Under the pieces are notes generated by a model, which was not told where the DNA came from, ran no database searches, and was given only the letters and a program-made list of their open reading frames with translations. Positions 40,057 through 50,719 of a DNA stretch of 64,000 nt are shown here, in pieces; position 1 is the first letter of the stretch, and the number at the start of each line of letters is the position of its first letter. The DNA comes from a virus (Duplodnaviria > Caudoviricetes). The stretch lies in the IMG/VR virus record IMGVR_UViG_3300032332_001787, positions 32,001 to 96,000 of that record, one strand, 5' to 3'. Position numbers and translations under genes: made by a program.

Positions 40057-40704
40057 ATGAGTGTAAAATTAATTTCAGTGACTCCAGACGCAGAAAAACT
40101 TATGGCTTATTGTGCCAGAGTAAGTAATCCTAGTGGACAAGATCGTGATGATTATGCAAAACTCTTAGGTTATTGTATTAAAAATCAACATTGGAGTATA
40201 TTTGAACAAGCTTTCCTAACTGTAGAGATCAACACAACCAGAGGATTAGCTGCACAAATTTTACGACATAGAAGTTTTACTTTTCAAGAATTTAGTCAGA
40301 GATATGCGGATACTACTCTGTTAGCTGAAGATATTCCTTTGTTTGAACTTAGGAGACAAGATACTAAAAATAGACAAAATAGTATTGATAATATACCAGA
40401 CGAGATTAAAGTTAAGTGGAACAGTAAAATTCGTGAGCATTTTGCTAAAGCTAAAGCTATTTATGACGGTATGATAGCAGATGGTATTGCTAAAGAATGT
40501 GCTAGATTTGTGTTACCTCTATCCACCCCGACTAGGCTTTACATGAGCGGATCAGTACGCAGCTTTATACATTGGATTGAATTAAGAACTGGTCACGGCA
40601 CTCAAAAAGAACATATGATTATTGCTAATGAGGCTAAAAATATTTTTTCTGAACAATTTCCCACAGTATCAGAAGCACTAGGATGGAAGAATGAAAATGT
40701 ATAA
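40057..40704 (+). CDS. thyX: FAD-dependent thymidylate synthase
   Basis: HWSIFEQA; QILRHRSFTFQEFSQRY ThyX motif. Confidence 0.95.
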   Translation: MSVKLISVTPDAEKLMAYCARVSNPSGQDRDDYAKLLGYCIKNQHWSIFEQAFLTVEINTTRGLAAQILRHRSFTFQEFSQRYADTTLLAEDIPLFELRRQDTKNRQNSIDNIPDEIKVKWNSKIREHFAKAKAIYDGMIADGIAKECARFVLPLSTPTRLYMSGSVRSFIHWIELRTGHGTQKEHMIIANEAKNIFSEQFPTVSEALGWKNENV

Positions 40705-40862
40705 CATAACAGCACAAGTTTATGATTTACACGATCATTCTAAACAGCATCTTTTAATTAATCAAGTTATGGATGCAGCATCAGAAGAGGATGCTATTTT
40801 TCAATTTAAAGATCAGAACCGTATTAAGTTTCAGGTAGTTAAAATACACTCTGTAGAGCAAT

Positions 40863-41504
40863 TTGAATATGGAAACCAAATCTAATCTTACAATCAAGAT
40901 AGTTAGAGAATTACTAGATTATGAATTCTCTGTGCTGTTATACAATAAAGAACAATTGCCAGATGCTTGCGGGGGATGGTGTTCTATTGATGAAGATGGT
41001 AAAGAATTTGCTATCGCTATGAAACATCACATGAGTTTTGAGATTATTCTTCATGAATATTGTCATTTCTTACAATGGAGAGATGATCGTAAATTATGGA
41101 ATAGAAGTATGTTAACATATGATATTCTTTTTGACTGGATTAGTTATCCTTCATTAGTCTATAGTCCATTTCTTAAAGACTGCAAGATTACTTCAGAACA
41201 ATTAGATCAAAGTTTACATGATATCTTAGAGATAGAACACGATTGTGAAAGAAGAGTTCTTAAATTAGTTAAGAATTGTCCTATTGAAGATTTTGATACA
41301 GATAAATACATTCGTGCTGCTAATGCTTATTTGTGGAGCTATCATATTAATAGAGAATTAAGAATGAGACCCAAAACCCCAATATATTCACAAGAACTGT
41401 TAGAGCATATGCCTAATACTTTTAATAATGATCTGTCTTTTTATTTAGACAAGTATAATTTAACTGATCCTATTCGACAAGCATTGTTGGCTGAATACGA
41501 ATAG
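40863..41504 (+). CDS. HExxH putative metallopeptidase-like protein
   Basis: ILHEYCHFLQ...EIEHDC. Confidence 0.45.
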   Translation: MNMETKSNLTIKIVRELLDYEFSVLLYNKEQLPDACGGWCSIDEDGKEFAIAMKHHMSFEIILHEYCHFLQWRDDRKLWNRSMLTYDILFDWISYPSLVYSPFLKDCKITSEQLDQSLHDILEIEHDCERRVLKLVKNCPIEDFDTDKYIRAANAYLWSYHINRELRMRPKTPIYSQELLEHMPNTFNNDLSFYLDKYNLTDPIRQALLAEYE

Positions 41505-41579
41505 CTCTGGCGTGAAAAATAAAGATTGACACGCCGACTTGCCGATGATATAATGTCGGCTCACACAAGGAGTATACGA

Positions 41580-42494
41580 ATGGGTAGGATTGGTCTTTGC
41601 TGCATTTCTCTCAAACTTAAAGAACAAGGTTTTGGTCATCAGACCATGACTTTTAAGCGTTTCAATTCTTTGTTGCGAGAAGAAGCATTAGAAATTCTTG
41701 GATCACGAATTCAAAACAATCTGATGGTTACTGACAAGACTATCAAATTTTGTGCAGAAAATAATTATGTTTATCGTGTTAGTAGTGATATTTTTCCACT
41801 TATTACTTATGACGAAGCTAATGTGAATCTTGAGGATTTGCCTAACTATGATGCTATTCAAGACGAGTTTGATAATATTGCACAGAGCATATCCTCTACT
41901 AATGTACGGGTTTCTGCTCATCCTAGTGAATTTAATAGTTTGTCAAGTCTCAACGAAAAAGTTGTCGAAAAAACAATTACAGAACTCAATTTCTATAGCA
42001 GTTTCTTTGACAGAATAGGATTACCAGCAGACCGACGATCACCCATGAATTTTCATGTTCATAATAATAATGGAACCAGAGAAGAAATTGCTCACAGATT
42101 CTACAACAACTTCAAAAAACTGGACAATAATTGTCAAGCCCGCGTCACAATCGAAAACGACGACAAACTTAACTGCTGGAGTGTCAAAGAACTAGTAGAT
42201 ATTTTTCATCCGATAACCCGTATTCCAATATGCTTCGACTATCTGCATCATAAATGTCATCCAAATGGTCTTACAGAATGTGAAGCAATTAATATGTGTT
42301 GGGATACTTGGCAAACCACTCCATTATTTCATTATAGTGAGAGTCGCCCCGGTAATAATCCACGGGCGCATTGTGATGTTCCTACTCAGCCTTTTGATAC
42401 TTATGGTCTAGAATTTGATATTGATTTTGAGGTCAAAGGAAAAGACCTAGCTATTGCAGAATATAATGAAATTTTAACTACACTGTCTAAATAA
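41580..42494 (+). CDS. uvsE: UV damage endonuclease UvsE/UvdE
   Basis: YRVSSDIFP, RVSAHP, IENDDK, PICFDYLHH, FHYSE, RAH, DFEVKGKD. Confidence 0.92.
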   Translation: MGRIGLCCISLKLKEQGFGHQTMTFKRFNSLLREEALEILGSRIQNNLMVTDKTIKFCAENNYVYRVSSDIFPLITYDEANVNLEDLPNYDAIQDEFDNIAQSISSTNVRVSAHPSEFNSLSSLNEKVVEKTITELNFYSSFFDRIGLPADRRSPMNFHVHNNNGTREEIAHRFYNNFKKLDNNCQARVTIENDDKLNCWSVKELVDIFHPITRIPICFDYLHHKCHPNGLTECEAINMCWDTWQTTPLFHYSESRPGNNPRAHCDVPTQPFDTYGLEFDIDFEVKGKDLAIAEYNEILTTLSK

Positions 42495-43007
42495 GGAGAT
42501 AATTATGGCTCAAATAGGTGCAATTTCAATTAGTCCGAATGTTAATACCCAAGCAATTATTAACTTGCTAAAGGAAGATAAGAAGATTACTATTGGTCAG
42601 GAGCAGACTGCCGCTGATGGCTCTCGCTATATTCCAATAGAAAAGAATGGATAAAAAATGAGTGCATGGCTTATAATAGTAACAGGATGTATTTACGCTT
42701 TCGTTGCTTTTGAACAAGGTATGAAGGGTAATTATCCTCTTTGTATTATGTATATTGGATATAGTTGGGCTAATATTGGAGCTTATTTGTTAGCGATATC
42801 ATCTAACTCTGGAAGATAGGAGCAATAATATGAAAGAACCAACTAGAATTAAATTAAGTCCAGAAACACCAACACCCAAAGAACCACCTAGATATAGACT
42901 ACTATCATCAGATAAACCAGAATGGAATATTTCTGGTCAAGATAATGATGATATGTACATTGAATCTGATTTGGATGAGATAAACAAAACATTGGATAAA
43001 ATTAATC

Positions 43008-43466
43008 GTGAAGATAATTCATAAAACCATCAAGAAAGCTTACGAAAATTGGAATCCTAATTCTTTAATTCGTTGTTATCATTATGCGGCAGTTTTTGAT
43101 GGAACAAGAATGATTGAGTTTGCACAGAATAATCCTATCAAGATGAGTACGAAAGCTTTTAGAATAGGAAAAAGATTTAATATCCCCAAATACTTGGAGT
43201 ATCCATATGTACATTCAGAATCTCATCTTATTTCTAAATTACTTGATCGCTATAATTCCATTGATCCTAATTGGAGCATATGTGTCTTACGAATTAACAG
43301 ACAGGGATTAATACTTGGCAGCAAGCCCTGTGTTAACTGTTCCAAACTATTAAGTGCTGTTGGACTTAATGAAGTTTACTATAGTGACGATAATGGAAAC
43401 TTCGTTTGTCCTACTAAAACCATCAAGATTGATTGCTCTATCATACCAATTCCTCAAGTTTCCTAG
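43008..43466 (+). CDS. cytidine/dCMP deaminase-fold protein
   Basis: HSE...SKPCVNC zinc motif. Confidence 0.75.
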   Translation: MKIIHKTIKKAYENWNPNSLIRCYHYAAVFDGTRMIEFAQNNPIKMSTKAFRIGKRFNIPKYLEYPYVHSESHLISKLLDRYNSIDPNWSICVLRINRQGLILGSKPCVNCSKLLSAVGLNEVYYSDDNGNFVCPTKTIKIDCSIIPIPQVS

Positions 43467-43528
43467 TTGACAACGCCGATTCTTGTGATATAAAACACTT
43501 GTTGTCGCCGCACTACTTTGGAGAAATT

Positions 43529-43747
43529 ATGAATTGTATTTATTGCAAAAATTGTGTTGGTGTTGAACGGTATGAATTTCTTATTGAGACTAATCGTAAT
43601 ATAGTTTGTAAAGAATGTTCAGCAGAGCAAAAGGCTGTTGGATTTATGGATTGGGGACATAAGACCGCACCAAGTTTGGTTATGGTTCCCAGTAATGCTA
43701 AGGAGACTATTAGGATTTTGGATAGAGCAAATCGACGTGCCAGATAA
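43529..43747 (+). CDS. TraR/DksA C4-type zinc-finger protein
   Basis: CIYCKNCVGVERYEFL...VCKEC. Confidence 0.55.
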   Translation: MNCIYCKNCVGVERYEFLIETNRNIVCKECSAEQKAVGFMDWGHKTAPSLVMVPSNAKETIRILDRANRRAR

Positions 43748-44921
43748 TTTAAACGGAAACAGGAGAGCTAGATGATTAGCGACTATGAAATTGAGAGTTT
43801 GCTTTTTAAGCAAGTAGATAAGCCGAAAAATCATTTGATGACAAAAGTTATTAATGTATTTCATGACTATTATCGCATTAATGTTTATACTCAAATTGAA
43901 GAAGATGGATTGCTAAAAAGAAAAATTTCTCAAAGTTACATGACAACTTTTAGAAAAGACATTTTGACAATTATTCCAGATCCAGATAAAAAGCCAGACG
44001 ATCTTAAAAAGAAAAGGTGAGTTATGCCAATAGCAACTTTAAAATTTAAACTACCAGAAGAACAATACGAGTTTGATACTGCTACCCAAGCTAGTGATGC
44101 TAAAAGAATGTTGTGGGATTTTTCTCAACAATTACGATCTTGGCAGAAATATAGCAATGATTTCACCGATGCTGGTGATGCTCTTGATAAGATTAGATCA
44201 GAATTTCACAGATTAGCTACTGAATATAATATCAATATAGACTAAGGAGATTATTATGCCACTTTTTGAAGTTAGTACAGTTTCTTTGTTTCGTCACAAG
44301 TATGTTATTGAGGCCAAAAATCTTGAACACGCTTATGATACCGTACTTATTGACCATCCAGAAGCCCTAACCCAAAAGTTTCTGGACGAAAATATTATTG
44401 ATGGTCGAAAGATTGGTCGCAAAGAATTTGAAAAACTTTGTGATGATTCTATGAATGATAGTAGCGAATTGAGCAATGCTCATCTTGGAACAAAAATTAT
44501 ACATAAGGTAAATTACAATGAGTCCTGAACTAGCAGATAAATTAATCTCAGCATATCCTGAACAGTTTAAAAATCTTACATGGATAGAGTGTGGTGATGG
44601 TTGGTTTGGTATTTTGTCAAGACTTTGCTATATCGTAGATTGTCGTCTTGTTTATAAGAAAAAACTTAATGAACCTCTAGATTTTTTCTATTGGAGTCAG
44701 ATTAAAGAAAAGTTTGGTGGTCTAAGAGCCTATGCTTATGGTGCTGATGACTTTATTAGAGGAGCAATAGAAATGGCAGAAAGTATGAGTTATATTACCT
44801 GTGAAGTAACTGGTGAAAGGGGTAGGATTAGAAAACAAATGCTCAATGAAGCACAAGAGCCTATTCCAGCATGGATTAAAACTCTTTGTGACGATGAGGC
44901 TAAGAAAGAAGGATATGTAGT

Positions 44922-45608
44922 ATGACTTTTGATGCTATAGTTATTAGCGATATTCATTTAGGGAGTAATGTTTGTCAAGCTAAAACTTTGGCATCTTTTT
45001 TGTCTAGGATTGAACTTGGAGAGACCGATACTGATACTTTAATTATTAATGGGGATTTATTTGACAGTTGGGATTTTCGTAAACTTAAAAAAGACCACTG
45101 GAAAATATTATCTCAAATCCGTAAAATCTCTGACACTATTAAAGTTATCTGGATTAGTGGCAATCATGATGGGCCTGCTGATATGGTTAGTCATTTGATT
45201 GGGGTTGATTTTATGAATGAATATAGTTTTATTAGTGGAGATGAAAAAATACTAATTTTGCATGGAGATATTTTTGACAATGTTATCTCCAGATATCCTA
45301 GACTAACTAAAGTAGCTGACTATGTTTACCGATGGTTACAAATCTATGCTGGATTATATTTCTCCAACCTTGCTAAACGTAGTAGTAAAACCTTTTTAAG
45401 ATGTTCTCAGGAAGTTTGTGATAGGGCTAAATCTTATTGTTCCATTAAGAAATGCGACTCAATAATTTGTGGTCATACTCATTTAGCTACAACAGATGTT
45501 TCTGGATCAACAAACTACTATAATAGTGGATGCTGGACAGATCATCCTTGTTCATATATCTCTATTAAAGATGGTCACATTAAAATAAATTATGTGGATA
45601 TTCTGTAG
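44922..45608 (+). CDS. LpxH-like (UDP-2,3-diacylglucosamine hydrolase) metallophosphoesterase
   Basis: ISDIHLG, GDLFD, GNHD, HGD, GHTH, NSGCW. Confidence 0.8.
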   Translation: MTFDAIVISDIHLGSNVCQAKTLASFLSRIELGETDTDTLIINGDLFDSWDFRKLKKDHWKILSQIRKISDTIKVIWISGNHDGPADMVSHLIGVDFMNEYSFISGDEKILILHGDIFDNVISRYPRLTKVADYVYRWLQIYAGLYFSNLAKRSSKTFLRCSQEVCDRAKSYCSIKKCDSIICGHTHLATTDVSGSTNYYNSGCWTDHPCSYISIKDGHIKINYVDIL

Positions 45609-45709
45609 ATTTTTGAAAAATTCTCAGAATCACTAAAGAATCCCTCTTGACACTGCCGATAACTGATGTATACTTAGAGCATAACGTCAACCAATACAGG
45701 AGAAAGAAG

Positions 45710-46114
45710 ATGGCAAAGGGTCAAAAAACTTGTGATAAGTGTGGAGCCTGCACAGGCCCGCGAGCTTATATGTGTCCTAAATGCAATACTCCCTTCGTCT
45801 TTAAGGCAAAGAGTAAAGAAGCAAAGAACACAAAGATAATTAGGGACTTTAATTGGAAGGAACTGATCAAAGGCGACCGCATCAGAGTTGCTGGAGGCCC
45901 ATATTTTGCAAGGGGTGGTGACTTCATCCCGATGGGTTATAGGGGTCGTTTTGTTGTAGAGGGGATTGACCAGCATGGAATTAAAGCATGGGGTCTGGAC
46001 AAGCACCAAGGCTTCTGTCATATTTATATGGGGCCAGACTTTCAGAACAAAGAAACCCACGTTTGGAAAATTAAACATAAACTCTTGAAACTGAAACCAA
46101 AGGTAGAAGTATAA
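45710..46114 (+). CDS. zinc-ribbon protein
   Basis: KTCDKCG...AYMCPKCNTPF. Confidence 0.6.
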   Translation: MAKGQKTCDKCGACTGPRAYMCPKCNTPFVFKAKSKEAKNTKIIRDFNWKELIKGDRIRVAGGPYFARGGDFIPMGYRGRFVVEGIDQHGIKAWGLDKHQGFCHIYMGPDFQNKETHVWKIKHKLLKLKPKVEV

Positions 46115-47322
46115 TGAGTCTCACCCAAGAACAAAAAGACCAACTTAATAATTTGGTTGATTGTAGAGATGATATGGTGGATACGCTATATCATATCGAA
46201 CGTATTTTAAAAACTTATTTTCCAGAAGAATTCGAGAGAGCAATTCAATTCTATCTGCCTCAAATTACCACTGCTCTTTATGAGGATAAAAAGTGGCTAA
46301 GTAGAGGCGAGTATAGTTTGCAGAACACTATTGACAATCTGCTGGAGCGGTGTAAAATTGATAGCGATGGCAAGGGTACTACAAAATATCTTTAATTGGG
46401 AAATAATAATGGAAAGCTATAGTATTATTGATTTGGAAGGTTATGCAAAAGCCATGAGAGATGGGGCTGCATCGTCATTTGAAAAAGATTATACAGAAAA
46501 TTTGGATGAGTTCATTTCTATTGGTCAAGTGATTAATATGATCAAGAAAAATAATCTTGGTCTAGATGAAGAAGGTAATTACCTTATCAATGAACAGATT
46601 TTTGATGATGTATTCAATGATATTAGAGATTGGCTTTATGGAGTTGGTCTAGCTAAACTTGCTTCAAAAGGATTCGTAGAATGTGCTTGGGATAATGAAT
46701 CTAATGATATGGTTTTTTGGCTGGCAAACAAAGACAAGACAAGTGTTTCTGCAAAACCCTCACAGGATAACGATGACTAATTATATTAAGATTAGAAACC
46801 TCAAACTTTTCACGAAAAGTATTAGAAAAAATGTGGTAATGGTTTTCCCTAAATCGTATCATAATCAAATAAATAATCTGATTTCATTGGCTCAGGCAGA
46901 AAATTTGGTTAGAAAATATATTGAACCGGGATACAACGATGAATTTATTATTTCTGAATATAATTACAATCATCTTTGCACAGAAATTAAAAAATGGATT
47001 TACAACTCAAGCTTGAGTCAAGTAGCTTCATCTGGAAAAATAGAGTGTGCATGGGACGATGATTCTAATGAGATGGTTTTTTGGCATCCAGAGTCTAACG
47101 AAACATTCAACACTATTAAATAATATGTCAAAAGAAGAAATACAACATCTAAAAGATCAGATACATGATTTGAAGGAATATCTATATTCTGATTTATGCA
47201 AGGCTTGTGGGGATGCTGCTTTATCTCTAGATAAAATTAATGAAAGACTAATTCAACTAGAGTCACAACAAAATTCCTAAAGGTCTTGACAGTGGTTGGT
47301 CGATAGGATACAATAACATTAC

Positions 47323-47402
47323 GCTCCCGTGCCGGTGGTTCCCGGCAGTTACTCTTATAAGGTAATCCGAAAGGGGACTTGGTTCGATTCCAAGCGGGAG
47401 TA
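47323..47402 (+). tRNA. atypical tRNA with TAT anticodon (Ile?)
   Basis: GCTCCCG/CGGGAGT acceptor; TTACT-CTTATAA-GGTAA; CTTGG-TTCGATT-CCAAG; promoter 47286-47314. Confidence 0.7.
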
Positions 47403-47611
47403 TTTCATAAAATAAAGGGAATTATTCATGAGACTGCAACCACTAACAGTTATTTTTGCAGGATTATTCCTAACATCATTAGGATTTAATTTTCTTCTCT
47501 ATTCAGATATTCAAAGACTCAAAAAGCTGGACAACAAACCAGCTAGGATTATTATAGAAAGACAACCAGAAATTCATATTAAACCAGAAGTTTGGGGGTA
47601 TACTAAAGAAC

Positions 47612-47965
47612 GGGCGATTCCTGGTATCGACAGGTAAAAAGAAATATAAATTGCATTGACTGGTTGATCGACCGGCCAGTATAAAAGTCGATTAAAAAAT
47701 GTTAATTGGCGAAGTTTCAACTCTCGCTCTCGCTGCCTAATTAGTTAGGTAATGAGTGGGGCGACATGAGCCTTATTACCAAATCATGATGACTCCGATA
47801 ATCGGATATGGAAGTCTAACCAGACATAAATAGGAATGATGATTGTACTCAATCTGACGCAGATAATTCTGATAGCTTTGTTATTTGTGTGATAACAAGT
47901 AACTAACAATGTAGAAGTTTATATAGACGTTTACACTGGACGGGGTTCGATTCCCCAATCGTCCA
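47612..47965 (+). ncRNA. ssrA: tmRNA; tag (A)GEVSTLALAA at 47708-47740
   Basis: GGGCGAT/ATCGTCC acceptor with G3-U70, A73; 5' TGGTATCGACAGG; TTCGATT T loop; tag ending LAA-stop. Confidence 0.92.
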
Positions 47966-47974
47966 CTTAATATT

Positions 47975-48316
47975 ATGAGAAAAATTTGTACTTATTGTGA
48001 GAAGCGTAAAAACCTAGCAAGTTTTCCCAAACACAGTATGTACAAAGATAATCTTGATAGTAGATGTAGAAAATGCGTTAAGAAACATTCTAAGATTAGA
48101 GTTAAGCTACATAAAAAAGCTCCCCCAAGACCAGAGATTTGTGAGTGCTGTAAAAAAGTTCCATATAAATGGGCTTTGGATCATGATCATGATGATAATA
48201 GCTTTAGGGGCTGGCTCTGTGAGCCTTGCAATACTGGTATAGGTAAACTTGGGGATGATTTTCAGAGTATTGTGAACGCTATGAATTATTTTCTTTCAAG
48301 ACCAAATCGTAAATAG
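47975..48316 (+). CDS. endonuclease VII-type HNH nuclease
   Basis: CECC...LDHDHDDNSFRGWLCEPCNTGIG. Confidence 0.85.
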   Translation: MRKICTYCEKRKNLASFPKHSMYKDNLDSRCRKCVKKHSKIRVKLHKKAPPRPEICECCKKVPYKWALDHDHDDNSFRGWLCEPCNTGIGKLGDDFQSIVNAMNYFLSRPNRK

Positions 48317-48377
48317 ACGATACTTGACAAGAGGACTACCCTATGGTAGAATTTGGAAAACACAGGAGAAATTAGAA

Positions 48378-49703
48378 ATGTCGTTTGAGCATCTTAATGG
48401 TTTTGTTCGTGATCTGAAAGCAACTAGCAGCACGCTTGATAAGGTTGGAATTATTGAGGATTATACTTCATCCAATGATGATGGAGCTAAGTTTATCAAA
48501 AAGATTCTGCTCTATACCTACCATCCCCTTTGGCAATATAATGTGACCAGCGATAATCTTAAAAAGAAAAAGCATCTGCGTGGTCGTGTTTATGACTGTA
48601 TTTTTAAATTGCTGGATGATCTGAAGAATAGGAAAATCACTGGTCATGATGCTATTGGAGCAATCAATACCTTTATACATAAAGATACCTTGCAAGGAAA
48701 ACAACCAGACAAAGAGTTTGAAGATCTAGTTCACTGCATAATTGATAAGGATTTGAAAACCCGTGCTGGGGATAAGCTAATCAATAAGGCTATTCCAGAT
48801 CATATCCCCACATTTAGTGTTGCTCTAGCGGACAAGTATGTTCCTAAAATTGTAGACTGGAAGGATGGATGGTATGTTAGCAGAAAGATTGACGGTGCTA
48901 GATGTATTGGTATTGTTGATACTAATGGCGATACTACCTTCTATTCCCGCACGGGAAAAAACTTTGATACTCTTGACGTTGTTAGCGGTGGGATTAAAGC
49001 TTTGGGACTTACTAATGTAGTTCTTGATGGAGAGCTTTGTCTTGTGGATGAAGATGGTAACGAGGATTTTCAAGGGGTGATGAAGGAGCTTCGCAAGAAA
49101 GATCATACCATCCCTAATCCTTCATATAAGATTTTTGATATGATTACTCATGATGAGTTTTATAGCCAGAAGGGAGAATATAATAGACCTTTTGGTATCA
49201 GGCTCAAGAATCTTACAGAAATTATGAAGAAGAACGAGTGTCCTTGCTTGACGCTATTGGAACAATCTTTGGTTAAGGATGAAAACCAATTCCAAGAAAT
49301 GATTAAACAGTCTAGCCAGAATGGCTGGGAGGGTCTTATGCTTCGATCTGATGCTCCATATAAAGGCAAACGATCCAAAGACCTACTAAAATATAAATCA
49401 TTCTTTGATGACGAATATGAAGTTCTCGACACTGAAATGGGGCCATTCCGTTATGTTAAGGATGGTGCAGAATGTGAGGAGACTATGCTCAGTTGTGTAA
49501 CCATTAAGCATAAGGGTTATGATGTTAGGGTTGGGTCTGGTTTTAGTATTGAACAAAGACAGGAGTTTTATAAGAATCCTAAGAAAATTCTTGGTAAAAT
49601 TATTACTGTCCAATATTTTGAAGAGACAGAGAACGAAAAGGGTGGTATTAGTCTAAGGTTTCCTACATTTAAAATTCTACATGGAGATGATAGATCAATA
49701 TGA
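48378..49703 (+). CDS. lig: ATP-dependent DNA ligase
   Basis: KIDGAR (KxDG), LDGEL, FD, EGLML, LLKYK; OB-fold SLRFP. Confidence 0.93.
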   Translation: MSFEHLNGFVRDLKATSSTLDKVGIIEDYTSSNDDGAKFIKKILLYTYHPLWQYNVTSDNLKKKKHLRGRVYDCIFKLLDDLKNRKITGHDAIGAINTFIHKDTLQGKQPDKEFEDLVHCIIDKDLKTRAGDKLINKAIPDHIPTFSVALADKYVPKIVDWKDGWYVSRKIDGARCIGIVDTNGDTTFYSRTGKNFDTLDVVSGGIKALGLTNVVLDGELCLVDEDGNEDFQGVMKELRKKDHTIPNPSYKIFDMITHDEFYSQKGEYNRPFGIRLKNLTEIMKKNECPCLTLLEQSLVKDENQFQEMIKQSSQNGWEGLMLRSDAPYKGKRSKDLLKYKSFFDDEYEVLDTEMGPFRYVKDGAECEETMLSCVTIKHKGYDVRVGSGFSIEQRQEFYKNPKKILGKIITVQYFEETENEKGGISLRFPTFKILHGDDRSI

Positions 49704-50719
49704 TAGTTCTTGATTGCGGTAAAAACACCGCCACTATTTACAACTCAGATAATGATACTTGTAAAGTTATTAGTCACCTAGACGTATTAAATCTACCAGA
49801 AGAATTAGAGTCTGGAACAACTGTGATTGCAGAATATGCTCATCTTGGTTGTCCAAGACAAAAGTATTCTTTGTCTCAACCATTCACTGAAAGTCTTTTA
49901 CAAGATTTGTATAGTAGATTTGCTTCAAAAAATATCAGTTTGAAACTATTTCCTCAACAATCTACTCCTAGAGCAACAAGTTTCTCTGGATTAGCAAAGT
50001 CTGATTTGGATGATCCAAAGTCTATTTATTTGCTATTAAAAAACTTTCCTCAAATTTCATTGATGAATCCACCAAAATCATTTAAGATAGAAAATATTGT
50101 TGAAGAAGGTTGGGCTTGGAAAGATACAACAAATAAAATCTTAAATGTTGCTAGACGATACTCTTATGAGTCTGACGAAGATCAGAACTCAGTATTCATT
50201 AAAGAGAATATACAACATATTTATGACATTTTATCTCCTGTGGCTAGGGATGTTTTTGGACTTCAGTTATTCAAGAAAACATCTAAGCATGGAAAAGAAG
50301 GAACTATTAATCTTAATAAGATCAATATGTGTCAAATATATTCTATTCTAGCTATACTCAGAGATTTTGATGGTCAATTAAGACTATATAGAAATAGCAA
50401 TAATTTTCCTGGCAATAATTTCATTAAAAGATATGTAATTTGTATGACTCCATTTCATTTTAGGGGTGGAGTTGCAAGAAGTAACCTATATTATCATGGA
50501 GCTATGAATTGGATTATTAAAAAAGCAAAAGAAGATCACAATATCAATCTAAAAAGAAAAATATCTGTGACAGATGACAATGGGGATATCTCAGAAAGAG
50601 TGATTCGCAGAGGACATTTTACACCACAAGAGGACACTATTTTTCTGCAATATAGAAAACAATATTGTAAATCAATTTTTGAGCTTGTTAACTTTTTCAA
50701 ACAACATTTAATCTCTTAG
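49700..50719 (+). CDS. IS110/TasR-like RuvC(DEDD) protein with Nop/Tnp_20-like C-terminal half
   Basis: D5 (VLDCGK), E45 (VIAEY), K100-S-D102-L-D-D105; C-terminal KRYVICMTPFHFRGGVARSNLY. Confidence 0.7.
   Translation: MIVLDCGKNTATIYNSDNDTCKVISHLDVLNLPEELESGTTVIAEYAHLGCPRQKYSLSQPFTESLLQDLYSRFASKNISLKLFPQQSTPRATSFSGLAKSDLDDPKSIYLLLKNFPQISLMNPPKSFKIENIVEEGWAWKDTTNKILNVARRYSYESDEDQNSVFIKENIQHIYDILSPVARDVFGLQLFKKTSKHGKEGTINLNKINMCQIYSILAILRDFDGQLRLYRNSNNFPGNNFIKRYVICMTPFHFRGGVARSNLYYHGAMNWIIKKAKEDHNINLKRKISVTDDNGDISERVIRRGHFTPQEDTIFLQYRKQYCKSIFELVNFFKQHLIS

Larger units (their letters stand above)
23248..47280 (+). other. dense run of short codirectional hypothetical ORFs (most + strand ORFs of the track), often with overlapping stop/start codons
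   Basis: ATGA/TAATG overlaps, GGAG RBSs, interspersed TTGACA-N16/17-TATAAT-like promoters. Confidence 0.7.

Noticed and set aside
47323-47402. tRNA-Sec or tRNA-Pyl
   Set aside because: Despite the extended D and anticodon stems, the anticodon is TAT (not TCA or CTA) and the acceptor stem is 7 bp.
49700-50719. Active IS110 insertion sequence
   Set aside because: The catalytic Ser loop is absent from the C-terminal motif, the gene is translationally coupled to the ligase, and no second copy or IS ends were seen. It is treated as a domesticated relative.
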